Below, in pieces: positions 1-7,942 of a stretch of DNA of 64,000 nucleotides. Location: assembly GCA_021772565.1 (NCBI GenBank), contig JAJFLR010000096.1, positions 5,266 through 69,265 of the forward strand. Direction: 5' to 3'. Numbering within the stretch: position 1 is the first letter of the stretch; each line of letters opens with the position of its first letter. The notes beneath the pieces were generated by a model, which was not told where the DNA came from, made no database searches, and saw only the letters and a list, made by a program, of their open reading frames with translations. The stretch is from Opitutales bacterium. Lineage in GTDB: Bacteria; Verrucomicrobiota; Verrucomicrobiia; Opitutales; JAJFLR01. The position numbers were made by a program, and so were the translations under genes.

Positions 1-101
1 CTTTGGATAATTTGGTATTGGTGCCTGAGGCTGCAGCAGTCAGCAAAATTTTTGGGATAGTTGCCTTAGTTTGGAGTTTTATCAAACGCAGAAATTTTTG
101 A
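1..101 (+). CDS. 3' end of a gene for a PEP-CTERM-type exported protein (partial; start outside the window)
   Basis: Frame 3 reads ...LDNLVLVPEAAAVSKIFGIVALVWSFIKRRNF*. This is a VPE motif, a hydrophobic helix and a KRR basic tail, the architecture of a PEP-CTERM/exosortase sorting signal. TGA at 99-101. Confidence 0.5.
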   Translation, partial: LDNLVLVPEAAAVSKIFGIVALVWSFIKRRNF

Positions 102-182
102 GTCAAAATGATTTCTGTCAGACTAATATTGGTTTCACCTTCACTATCGAGATCGGTATCGCCATCGCCTTCGATTTTTTTC

Positions 183-201
183 GATACTGATAACGACTGC
201 G
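183..201. promoter_or_regulatory. candidate Fur-like operator upstream of the TonB-dependent receptor
   Basis: gatactgataacgactgcg matches the first 12 nt of the classical Fur box GATAATGATAATCATTATC at 10/12 positions, then diverges. It lies 28 nt upstream of the receptor ATG. Confidence 0.2.
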
Positions 202-228
202 TTACCGATTTACGTTAAAGAATAATTC

Positions 229-2232
229 ATGCAACGCTGTATAATATTTTATTATCTCAACTTTCAAACATTACTTATTTGTCTGGCTAATGACACAATT
301 TTATCACTCCCCCCTTACACAGTCACTGCCTATCGCTATGACGATATTCCGGAAAATATTCCATCAAACATTACAATCATAAATAGTAACGACATTGAAA
401 AAATGGGCGCATTAACAGTTGTTGAAGTATTGGAAAAAGAAGCAGGCATTCATTTCAGATCTTTATCTGGCAATGCATCACTGTCTGAAATTGGTATGCG
501 AGGTTTCGGATCAAACAGTGGATTGAGAACGCTGGTAATTGTCGATGGCCAAAAGCTGAATAGGCTTGATATTGGAAATTTTGACTGGTTGCAAATTCCA
601 GTTTCAAATATCGAAAAGATCGAAGTGCTGCATGGGACACAATCTGTTTTGTATGGTAACCATGCAGTTGGTGGTGTGATAAAAATTTCTACTCGTATTC
701 CAGATTCAAATAAAGGCTCAATCTCCTCAATCCTTGGCAGTTATGGCTTAAATAATTTAAAACTAAATTATTCCGGCGTGCAAAAAAAATTACGCTATGA
801 CTTTAGTTACAATAATAATAAAATTGAAGGGTACCGAGATCGCACTGGCTATAAATCAAAATCGGCAACAATAAATTTTAGCTACAGTTTATCAGATCAA
901 CTAAATTTACGAGTTGGCACTTCATATCTTGATAATTTTTATGAGCTACCAGGAGCACTGCCAATAATTCCTGGTCAAGCACTCGACCGCAAATCTTCCC
1001 TGAATACCGGCCTAACGGCAATTGAAGATAATACTGATATCAAAAAAAATATTAATCTACTTCTCGATTTCCAAATAAATGAACAGAACAGATTTGAAGT
1101 AGTTTCAGCATTCAGTCGAAGAAATTTTTTGTGGAACATCGGCAATGATCATTCACAAAATATAATGGATAATATAATTTTTTCACCGAAATATATTTTT
1201 CAAAATGAGCGATCAAAAATAATTTTCGGCATTGATGAGAATTTGGATACTCTGGATTTGGATAGATATAATTTTGAAGATTTATTGGGTGTAGCGGCAA
1301 TTGAAAGAAATTCTATTGGAAGTTATATTCACGTGAGCCACTCAATGCAAGAAGACTGGAAAATATCAGGTGGTCTACGTTTGGAAAAATCAAAAATTGA
1401 AACTCGAAATTTTGAAAATACGCAACCAGCTACCCCTGGCAGTGGAATATTAGTAGAGAATTTTAACGAGAATAAATCAGATGATGGTATAGCGATGAAT
1501 TTAGGTTTAGTTTACAACGTATCGAAAAATGTGCGTATCTGGTCGCGCCTTGATCGTCTCTATCGCTATGCGGCAGCCGACGAACTCGCTTCATATCAAG
1601 GTGGGTTTTTAGCTGTGCCATTTAATCAATCATTGGATCCAGAAACGGGTTACAGTCTGGAGTTCGGTACTGAATTCAAATCCAACGATTCAAAAATTAA
1701 TATAAATATTAATCTCTATGCTACTTATCTAGAGGGAGAAATTGATTTTATCAGTGGTGTGACGATTAACGGGCAACAAAACCTAAATATAAATCTTCCT
1801 GAGACCAGGCAGTTGGGCGTAGAATTTTCAACCAGCTACCAAACAAATTTTTGGAGCTATCATATTAACTATAGCGGGGTTCAATCAATATTTATTGATG
1901 GCCCGTTTAAAGGTAATGATCGGTTCCTTGTTCCCAATCATAAATTAAATACTCAACTGGAAATTATACCATGGGAAAAATGGTTACTCCGTTTGGAATA
2001 TATTTTTACAAGCGAACAATTTCAAGGTAATGACTATAATAATACTTTAGGTAAATTAGAATCTTATGAATTGGTCAATCTACTCGTTCGATACAGCCCA
2101 ATGAAAAACTTATCTCTCTTTGCCAGTATCGATAATATTTTTGCAGAAGAATATTCCACCGTCAAAGTTGTCGATAGTATTTACCCCGAACCGGAACGAA
2201 CCGGAAGATTAGGAGTAACAGTAAATTTTTAA
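229..2232 (+). CDS. TonB-dependent outer-membrane receptor
   Basis: 667 aa with a signal-like N-terminus and plug-domain motifs (IEKIEVLHGTQSVLYGNHAVGGVIKI). A long Y/N/G/S-rich barrel region ends ...RLGVTVNF (terminal aromatic). It heads an ABC uptake operon. Confidence 0.9.
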   Translation: MQRCIIFYYLNFQTLLICLANDTILSLPPYTVTAYRYDDIPENIPSNITIINSNDIEKMGALTVVEVLEKEAGIHFRSLSGNASLSEIGMRGFGSNSGLRTLVIVDGQKLNRLDIGNFDWLQIPVSNIEKIEVLHGTQSVLYGNHAVGGVIKISTRIPDSNKGSISSILGSYGLNNLKLNYSGVQKKLRYDFSYNNNKIEGYRDRTGYKSKSATINFSYSLSDQLNLRVGTSYLDNFYELPGALPIIPGQALDRKSSLNTGLTAIEDNTDIKKNINLLLDFQINEQNRFEVVSAFSRRNFLWNIGNDHSQNIMDNIIFSPKYIFQNERSKIIFGIDENLDTLDLDRYNFEDLLGVAAIERNSIGSYIHVSHSMQEDWKISGGLRLEKSKIETRNFENTQPATPGSGILVENFNENKSDDGIAMNLGLVYNVSKNVRIWSRLDRLYRYAAADELASYQGGFLAVPFNQSLDPETGYSLEFGTEFKSNDSKINININLYATYLEGEIDFISGVTINGQQNLNINLPETRQLGVEFSTSYQTNFWSYHINYSGVQSIFIDGPFKGNDRFLVPNHKLNTQLEIIPWEKWLLRLEYIFTSEQFQGNDYNNTLGKLESYELVNLLVRYSPMKNLSLFASIDNIFAEEYSTVKVVDSIYPEPERTGRLGVTVNF

Positions 2233-2244
2233 CAACAAAGAACA

Positions 2245-3177
2245 ATGGACATCTTAAAACAGTTAGGCATTATACAACTATCCTTAATTTTTGTTTATAA
2301 CATATTAATTGCCGGTCTGTATGAGCCCAAAGCTGGCGTTGATGGATCAAACGCAATTATCTCTAGTGATTCTAAAATTGTAAGTTGGGCAACAAATATT
2401 GAGCAGGTAAATTATGGCGACAATGTTGTTTCAATATTTAGAACTCCGGAAAAAGCTCTAGGCCAAGCGGAACTGCCAGGTGGTGATACTGGTAGTATTG
2501 TTTCACTGGGTAGCGGTGGTTCAATAGTTTTAACTTTCAACGATGGTATCGGCAACGAACCTGGACCGGATTTTGCAGTTTTTGAAAATGGATTTTCAGA
2601 TTTTTTTATCGAACTGGCTTTTGTAGAAGTTTCATCAGATGGAATAAACTTTTTTAGATTTCCCAACGACTCTTTGACTGAAAGATCTGTTGGCCCATTT
2701 GGATTAATTGAACCGAGTAATTTAAACGGTCTAGCCGGAAAATATCGAATTGGCTATGGAACACCTTTTGATTTGGATGACTTGGCAGATAACGTAAATC
2801 TCAATAAACATAATATCAGATTTGTTCGAATTATTGATATTATTGGGGATGGATTAACTAGTGATAGCCAGGGTGATCCAATATACGATCCCTATCCTAC
2901 TGCTGCATCTGCTGGTTTTGATCTCGATGCTGTCGGCGTCATCAATATTGGCGAAAATGAAAATAATCTGCAGCTGATAAATTTCGAGCGAATTGATAAC
3001 AATATCTATGTTAGCTGGAAAAGTAATTCATGGAAAAAATATGATTTGCTAGCTTCTGAAAATTTAAATAATTGGAATCCACTTTTCCAGATAACTGGCA
3101 AACGAGATGTAACTGATAAATTAGTTCCAATCAATCAAAGTGAGAAACTGTTTATCGTAATCCGGGAAGTGAATTAG
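2245..3177 (+). CDS. hypothetical exported protein, co-operonic with the uptake system
   Basis: 310 aa with an N-terminal hydrophobic helix. Conserved-looking core GPDFAVFENGFSDFFIELAFVEVSSDGINFFRFP. 12-nt and 3-nt gaps to the neighbouring genes. I cannot name a family. Confidence 0.6.
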   Translation: MDILKQLGIIQLSLIFVYNILIAGLYEPKAGVDGSNAIISSDSKIVSWATNIEQVNYGDNVVSIFRTPEKALGQAELPGGDTGSIVSLGSGGSIVLTFNDGIGNEPGPDFAVFENGFSDFFIELAFVEVSSDGINFFRFPNDSLTERSVGPFGLIEPSNLNGLAGKYRIGYGTPFDLDDLADNVNLNKHNIRFVRIIDIIGDGLTSDSQGDPIYDPYPTAASAGFDLDAVGVINIGENENNLQLINFERIDNNIYVSWKSNSWKKYDLLASENLNNWNPLFQITGKRDVTDKLVPINQSEKLFIVIREVN

Positions 3178-3180
3178 ATC

Positions 3181-4149
3181 ATGAAAAATTTTTACTTCCT
3201 AGCTCTATTTATAATAATTGTCATCGGTCTTGTTCTATATTCCATTCAAAAATCAGACGATATTAAGAAAAATGAAAATTTAGCATCGATTGATTCTAGC
3301 ACCTATCCTTTAAGCGTTAAGGACGTTCGTGGGTTAACAATCCATATTCCAGTTAGACCTAAACGAGTCATTTCATTTGCTCCAAGTATAACAGAAATAA
3401 TTTACGCAATGTCAGGAGAAAAAAATTTAATAGCTAACACAGAGTATTGTAACTATCCAGAAGATGCTAAACTAAAAGCTAAAGTAGGTGGTATAAGTAA
3501 TCCTGAAATTGAAAAATTGATATCGCTCAAACCTGATCTTGTTCTCAGCTCCACATTAACTCCATTAGATGCTGTCAAACAAATAGAATTATTAAAAATT
3601 CCAATCGTCGTTTTTAATCATTCTAGTCTCAATCAAATTTTTAATGACATTGATGTTATCTCAAAAATAATTGGCTATAGTGATTACGGGAAAGATCTGT
3701 TAAGTGACTTAAAAAATAGAAGGAAATCATTGAATGAAAAATTTTCTGATAATACTGATATAGATAAAATCAAAACACTCGTCTTATTTGGCACTAATGG
3801 ATTGTTTAGCTGTGGCAAGGGATCCTATATCAACGAAATAATTGATTTAGCCGGTGGTGTAAACGTTGCTCAGTCAATCAATTCTCCATGGCCACAAATC
3901 TCATTTGAAAGTATTTTAAATTGGAATCCTGATGTCATTTTTGTCACTTCTACTGAATCTCAAAATATTAGTGCTAGCGCTAATGTAATATCTACATGGA
4001 AGAATGATAAACGCTGGAAAAAGATTGATGCAGTTAAAAATGATCGGATAAAAATTATTGGCGATTCAATGTTAACTGTTCCCGGGCCACGATTGATTGA
4101 AGCTGCGCAAATAATGAATGATTTTTTGCATAGTAGTGATATGAATTAA
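3181..4149 (+). CDS. periplasmic substrate-binding protein, BtuF/FhuD/HmuT type (cobalamin, heme or Fe-siderophore class)
   Basis: 322 aa with an N-terminal anchor helix. RVISFAPSITEIIYAMSGEKNLIANTEYCNYP...LKPDLVL is typical of class III binding proteins. Confidence 0.85.
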   Translation: MKNFYFLALFIIIVIGLVLYSIQKSDDIKKNENLASIDSSTYPLSVKDVRGLTIHIPVRPKRVISFAPSITEIIYAMSGEKNLIANTEYCNYPEDAKLKAKVGGISNPEIEKLISLKPDLVLSSTLTPLDAVKQIELLKIPIVVFNHSSLNQIFNDIDVISKIIGYSDYGKDLLSDLKNRRKSLNEKFSDNTDIDKIKTLVLFGTNGLFSCGKGSYINEIIDLAGGVNVAQSINSPWPQISFESILNWNPDVIFVTSTESQNISASANVISTWKNDKRWKKIDAVKNDRIKIIGDSMLTVPGPRLIEAAQIMNDFLHSSDMN

Positions 4150-4233
4150 ATTTTAATTTTTATGGATGAACAAAAATATATGGGAGAGATCGAATACGAA
4201 GGCTGCACCGATACCGTAATTGATTATGATCAT

Positions 4234-4340
4234 TCTTGTAGGGCTCGAACTTGTTCGATGCCGTGTAAGGAGAACTCAGCACATATCGGCACTCCGACAA
4301 GACCATGGCGAGCTCAGTCGAGTCGCAGAGGCCCTACAAA
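4234..4340. repeat. G+C-rich palindromic MITE-like repeat, family A, copy 1
   Basis: Terminal inverted repeat ttgtagggc...gccctacaa. The core tcgatgcc...ggcactccgacaag is shared with the copy at 5250-5492. It sits in the gap between the binding-protein and ATPase genes. Confidence 0.7.
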
Positions 4341-4364
4341 TTTAACTAAAGTTGTTTTTGAATT

Positions 4365-5207
4365 ATGAGTGAGACATACAATATTGGGAAAGTGGATTAT
4401 GATCAGGATAAGGGTTATGATCAGGACTGTTTAGATGATTTATATACTGTAAAAAATCTATCGGCCGGCTACGGAGATAAAACTGTAATCGAAGATTTTA
4501 ACTTCAATCTTAAAGCTAGTGAGATCGTTGGAATTATTGGCCCTAATGGTTGCGGTAAGAGTACTCTTTTCAAAGCCATTACCGGATTACTACCGTTGAA
4601 TTCAGGCAATGTTTATATCAATGGAAAAGATCTAAAATCCTTATCGAGAAAAAAAGTCGCCAGCGATGTTTCTTATGTCTCTCAGATTAACTCATCCAAT
4701 TTTTCATTCACTGTTAGAGAAGTAATTGAGATGGGTCGTTATCCCCACTTAAATATCTGGGATAAATATAACCCAAATGACTATGCTATTATTGATGATG
4801 TCATTAAACAAACAGACTTAGAGTCTCATGTTGACAGTCCAATATCTGAACTGAGCGGTGGTGAGCAACAAAGAGTCTATCTCGCTCGTTCACTCGCACA
4901 GAACACGCAAATTCTTCTATTGGATGAACCGACATTGCACCTGGATATTTTTCATCAATTGAAAATTTTTAAAATACTTGAAAAGCTCTGCATTGAGAAA
5001 AAACCGGGTATTCTATGCATTCTGCACGATATCAATCTGGCTCTAAAATTTTGTCATCGTTTAATTGTAATCTCCAACGGTAAAATTTTAGCCCAAGGAC
5101 CGACTAACGTAGTTCTCAACGAAGAAATAATTGAGATAGCATTTAGCACTGAATCAAAAATCATTCAAGACCCGGAACAAAATTGTCCGACTGTAATTTT
5201 TAAATAA
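4365..5207 (+). CDS. ABC transporter ATP-binding protein (FecE/BtuD/HmuV type)
   Basis: Walker A GPNGCGKST, signature LSGGEQQRV, Walker B ILLLDEPT. It carries an unusual 26-aa D/Y-rich N-terminal leader. Confidence 0.9.
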   Translation: MSETYNIGKVDYDQDKGYDQDCLDDLYTVKNLSAGYGDKTVIEDFNFNLKASEIVGIIGPNGCGKSTLFKAITGLLPLNSGNVYINGKDLKSLSRKKVASDVSYVSQINSSNFSFTVREVIEMGRYPHLNIWDKYNPNDYAIIDDVIKQTDLESHVDSPISELSGGEQQRVYLARSLAQNTQILLLDEPTLHLDIFHQLKIFKILEKLCIEKKPGILCILHDINLALKFCHRLIVISNGKILAQGPTNVVLNEEIIEIAFSTESKIIQDPEQNCPTVIFK

Positions 5208-5249
5208 TGAATGGGAAAATAAATAAGTTTCTGTATCAGGAATCTATTA

Positions 5250-5492
5250 CTGTAGGACTCGAGCTAGCTCGATGCCATATTAGCGACTCTGAAACTATTG
5301 GCACTCCGACAAGGAGGCTGTTGAAAAACAGTAAGACTACGCAATTGTCATTGCGAGAAGCGAAGCGCCGCGGCAATCCAGATCGTGGAATGCTGATAGA
5401 TTGCCGCGCCATCATGCTGATGGCTCGCAATGACAAAAGTGTACAATATCTTTTGCTGTTTTTCAACAGCCTCCAAGTGGAGGCCCTACAAA
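5250..5492. repeat. family A repeat, copy 2, carrying a nested family B hairpin element
   Basis: ctgtaggactcgagctagctcgatgcc...ggcactccgacaagg [insert] ccaagtggaggccctacaa matches copy 1 on both sides of a 158-nt insert. Confidence 0.7.
5315..5472. repeat. family B nested palindromic element (gtcattgcgag...ctcgcaatgac type)
   Basis: Perfect 17-nt terminal inverted repeat aggctgttgaaaaacag / ctgtttttcaacagcct. Inner inverted repeats gtcattgcgag/ctcgcaatgac and gcgccgcggcaatc/gattgccgcgc. Confidence 0.75.
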
Positions 5493-5516
5493 TTTTTCTA
5501 TAATTTTATTTAAATA

Positions 5517-6560
5517 ATGAGGCAAAAATATATAAATCGATCGTTATTTAACTTATCCATCCTAATATTAATACTATTATGTTCTGCACTCTTCTATCTA
5601 AATTCCGGACAAGTAGAAAGTAACTCAGAGCAAAATTCTATTACTGTAATTTCCAAACTGATTTTTCAAAGTGAACTCACCGAATCAGATAGTAATTTAT
5701 TAGAAACGATACGGCTGCTTAGACTACCCCGTTTGATATTGGTAATTTTGGTTGGCGCAAATCTTGCAGTTGCCGGAGCCTTGCTACAGGCCTTATTTGG
5801 TAACCCATTAGCCGAACCATATGTTATTGGCATTTCTTCAGGTGCGGCATTTGGCGCTGTATTAGCCATATCTGTCGGATTCAGTAGTCAATTTCTTGGA
5901 CTCAATGGTATTGCAATATTTGCCTTTTTAGGTGCCTGTTTGACATCATTTATCGTATATACGATTGCAGAAAAATCCAGTAGCAATACAATAGCATCAC
6001 TGCTCCTAACCGGAATCGCCATGAGTGGATTGCTGCAATCGATCACATCATTGATGATACTAAATGGTGAACCGTGGTCGATAAGAAATGTTTTAATTTG
6101 GATAATGGGTAGCTTTGCTTATAGAGGCTGGAATTACGTTTGGGTCATTCTCCCCTGCTCAATGATTGGCTTGTTAATCTCGTTTCTCTATCATCGGTCA
6201 CTCAATGTATTATCAACCGGTGAAGAAGCTGCTTTCCATTTGGGATTTAATGTCAAACGGCTGAAAATTATATTATTTATCTTAGCTTCCCTGTTGGCTG
6301 CATCATCAGTAACGGTCTGTGGTATGATTCCATTTGTCGGACTTATTGTTCCGCACATTATGCGTTTGCTAACTGGATCAAACTATAAATCCTTAATTCC
6401 AACATCAATCCTCGGAGGAGCAATACTCCTCATCTGGTCAGACCTGGCAGCAAAGAATTTAGCAACAGGCCAGGAACTGCCGATAGGTATAATAACGGGA
6501 ATTATCGGCTGTCTGTTCTTTTTGTATTTGTTGCAGTCGAAAAGGCATCGGATATTTTAG
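5517..6560 (+). CDS. ABC transporter permease, FecCD/BtuC family
   Basis: 347 aa and multi-TM. LRLPRLILVILVGANLAVAGALLQALFGNPLAEPYVIGISSGA is typical of FecCD-family permeases. Confidence 0.9.
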   Translation: MRQKYINRSLFNLSILILILLCSALFYLNSGQVESNSEQNSITVISKLIFQSELTESDSNLLETIRLLRLPRLILVILVGANLAVAGALLQALFGNPLAEPYVIGISSGAAFGAVLAISVGFSSQFLGLNGIAIFAFLGACLTSFIVYTIAEKSSSNTIASLLLTGIAMSGLLQSITSLMILNGEPWSIRNVLIWIMGSFAYRGWNYVWVILPCSMIGLLISFLYHRSLNVLSTGEEAAFHLGFNVKRLKIILFILASLLAASSVTVCGMIPFVGLIVPHIMRLLTGSNYKSLIPTSILGGAILLIWSDLAAKNLATGQELPIGIITGIIGCLFFLYLLQSKRHRIF

Positions 6561-6583
6561 TGAGTTAAAATACCTCACTAAAA
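6555..6583 (+). terminator. perfect 10-bp hairpin overlapping the permease stop codon (terminator-like or recombination site)
   Basis: ttttagtgag-ttaaaatac-ctcactaaaa. No clear T-tract follows. A decayed copy recurs at 7757-7790 as part of the duplicated segment. Confidence 0.35.
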
Positions 6584-6961
6584 TCATTAATCACGCATCA
6601 ATTTTAGTGAGTCAGAAATAGTAAGTAAATATACAAAAAAACAGATAGTAAAATCACCGTAGATCCAGATAGAGTTTTTTAAACAAAATAAGAAGAATGC
6701 GAAAATCATTGCTTAAAACTTACGACACGGAAATAGATAAATGTAACAAATCGCAGGGAAATTGAATTAATGAATTACCAAAATTTTGTGAGTTAGTTCC
6801 TGGTAATATTTTAATTCGTAAATATCAACACGCAGAAGACAACATAGGTCAAAATTAAAACATCAACTGTTTATTGAAATCACTTTCCCTAATTGAAAAA
6901 GCAGTAATAACTAACTTGTGGGCTATTGACATGTAGTGCTTTATCGAAAGAGTTTTCCTCT

Positions 6962-7246
6962 GTGCACATAATAACCCGAAAGCGATTAAACGAGTTTATT
7001 GAGAAACATCCTGATGCTTGCAATGGATTGACACATTGGTACAAATTACTTAAAAACAATAGTTTCAGTAATTTCATACAATTAAAAAAATTAATAGGTA
7101 GTGTAGATCAGGTTGGAAATAAAACCGTATTTAACATAGGTGGAAACAAATATCGACTTATTGCAGCTATTCATTATAACAGAGGAAAAGTTTATATTCG
7201 AGCTATATTGACTCACAATGAGTATGATCAAAACAAGTGGAAATAG
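6962..7246 (+). CDS. higB: type II toxin HigB (RelE-fold mRNA interferase)
   Basis: From GTG 6962: VHIITRKRLNEFIEKHP...VFNIGGNKYRLIAAIHYNRGKVYIRAILTHNEYD. It aligns along its length with E. coli HigB (MHLITQKALKD...FNVGGNELRVVAMV...YIREVMTHKEYD). The ORF-track TTG start at 6926 is probably too far upstream. Confidence 0.8.
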   Translation: MHIITRKRLNEFIEKHPDACNGLTHWYKLLKNNSFSNFIQLKKLIGSVDQVGNKTVFNIGGNKYRLIAAIHYNRGKVYIRAILTHNEYDQNKWK

Positions 7247-7255
7247 GAGTAAAAA

Positions 7256-7483
7256 ATGACATTAACACAAATAGAAAAAACAAAAAGTGTGTGGCCTATA
7301 TTTTCCGACACATTGTATGTAGCTCATACCGAAGATGAATATAAGGAATTAGTATCGTTACTTGATACATTAATAGATGAAGTTGGTGAAGATGAGTCAC
7401 ATCCACTAGCATCATTGATGGAAGTATTAGGGGTATTAATTAAACGATATGAAGATGACAACGTGGAAGAATTAAGTGCCTGA
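7256..7483 (+). CDS. higA: HigA-like antitoxin, N-terminal domain only (no HTH domain)
   Basis: 75 aa, starting 9 nt after higB. TEDEYKELVSLLDTLIDEVGEDESHPLASLMEVLGVLIKRYE resembles the N-terminal half of E. coli HigA (NEEQYTQALELVDHLL..PENPLLDLV...I.AWE). The ORF stops where the HTH half should begin. Confidence 0.55.
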   Translation: MTLTQIEKTKSVWPIFSDTLYVAHTEDEYKELVSLLDTLIDEVGEDESHPLASLMEVLGVLIKRYEDDNVEELSA

Positions 7484-7499
7484 ATTTATTATAATTTCC

Positions 7500-7540
7500 T
7501 CGATAAATCTGAATATAGTATCTGTACAAAGGCATCTGGA
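7500..7540 (-). pseudogene. 41-nt relic of the 3' end of the MBL-fold hydrolase gene
   Basis: tcgataaatctgaatatagtatctgtacaaaggcatctgga matches 19815-19855 and 15216-15256 at about 90 percent by eye. Confidence 0.6.
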
Positions 7541-7646
7541 ATTTCATGATGGGGATATCGGTAATACTTGAATGCGGAACTGTTATCCCTTACTCTCATT
7601 CCAATATAATTATCCAATTCCTGATCGCCATCAATATAATCTAATA

Positions 7647-7794
7647 CCTGGCAGCAAAAAATTTAGCTTCAGGCCAGGAACTGCCGATTGGTATAATAAC
7701 GGGAATTATCGGTTGTCTGTTTTTTTGTATCTGTTACAGTCGAAGAGACATAGGATTTTTGCGTGAGTGATGCAAATACCTAACTAAAAATCAT
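7647..7794 (+). pseudogene. decayed duplicate of the last ~115 nt of the FecCD permease gene plus its hairpin
   Basis: cctggcagcaaaaaatttagcttcaggccaggaactgccgattggtataataacgggaattatcgg... matches 6443-6587 at about 85 percent by eye, with a 1-nt deletion. ORF-track ORF 7572-7766 ends LYLLQSKRHRIF like the permease. Confidence 0.75.
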
Positions 7795-7942
7795 GAAAAA
7801 CCTATGTATTTTCCTTCAATGAATTAGTAATCAGTTTATTTTGAATCGTTTATAGATTTGACAAATAAATATCCTGCTTTTCAAATCTAGCTGTAAATCT
7901 CTACAATTTTCCTACTCTCAAAAATAAAAGGATAAAACATAA

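Noticed and set aside
1-228. Cobalamin riboswitch upstream of the TonB receptor / BtuF-like operon
   Set aside because: I looked for the B12-box and the conserved GGTGC...GCCACTG...GGGAAGGC cores and did not find them. The first 101 nt are better explained as the end of a PEP-CTERM protein gene. A formal Rfam scan would still be worthwhile.
4162-4368. 68-aa ORF (MDEQKYMGEIEYEG...GTPTRPWRAQSSRRGPTNL) between the binding-protein and ATPase genes
   Set aside because: Most of it is the read-through of the G+C-rich family A palindromic repeat, which simply lacks stop codons. It has no protein family resemblance. It is kept only as part of the insertion hypothesis, not as a gene.
5207-5503. 98-aa ORF, and antisense 76-aa ORF 5236-5466, between the ATPase and permease genes
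   Set aside because: Both strands are open only because the nested palindromic repeats are G+C-rich. Peptides such as ...LSLREAKRRGNP...MARNDK are the typical translation artefact of gtcattgcgag-type repeats.
7572-7766. 64-aa ORF ending ...LYLLQSKRHRIFA
   Set aside because: Its 3' part is the decayed duplicate of the permease 3' end and the 5' part is non-homologous filler. It is annotated as a pseudogene relic, not a gene.
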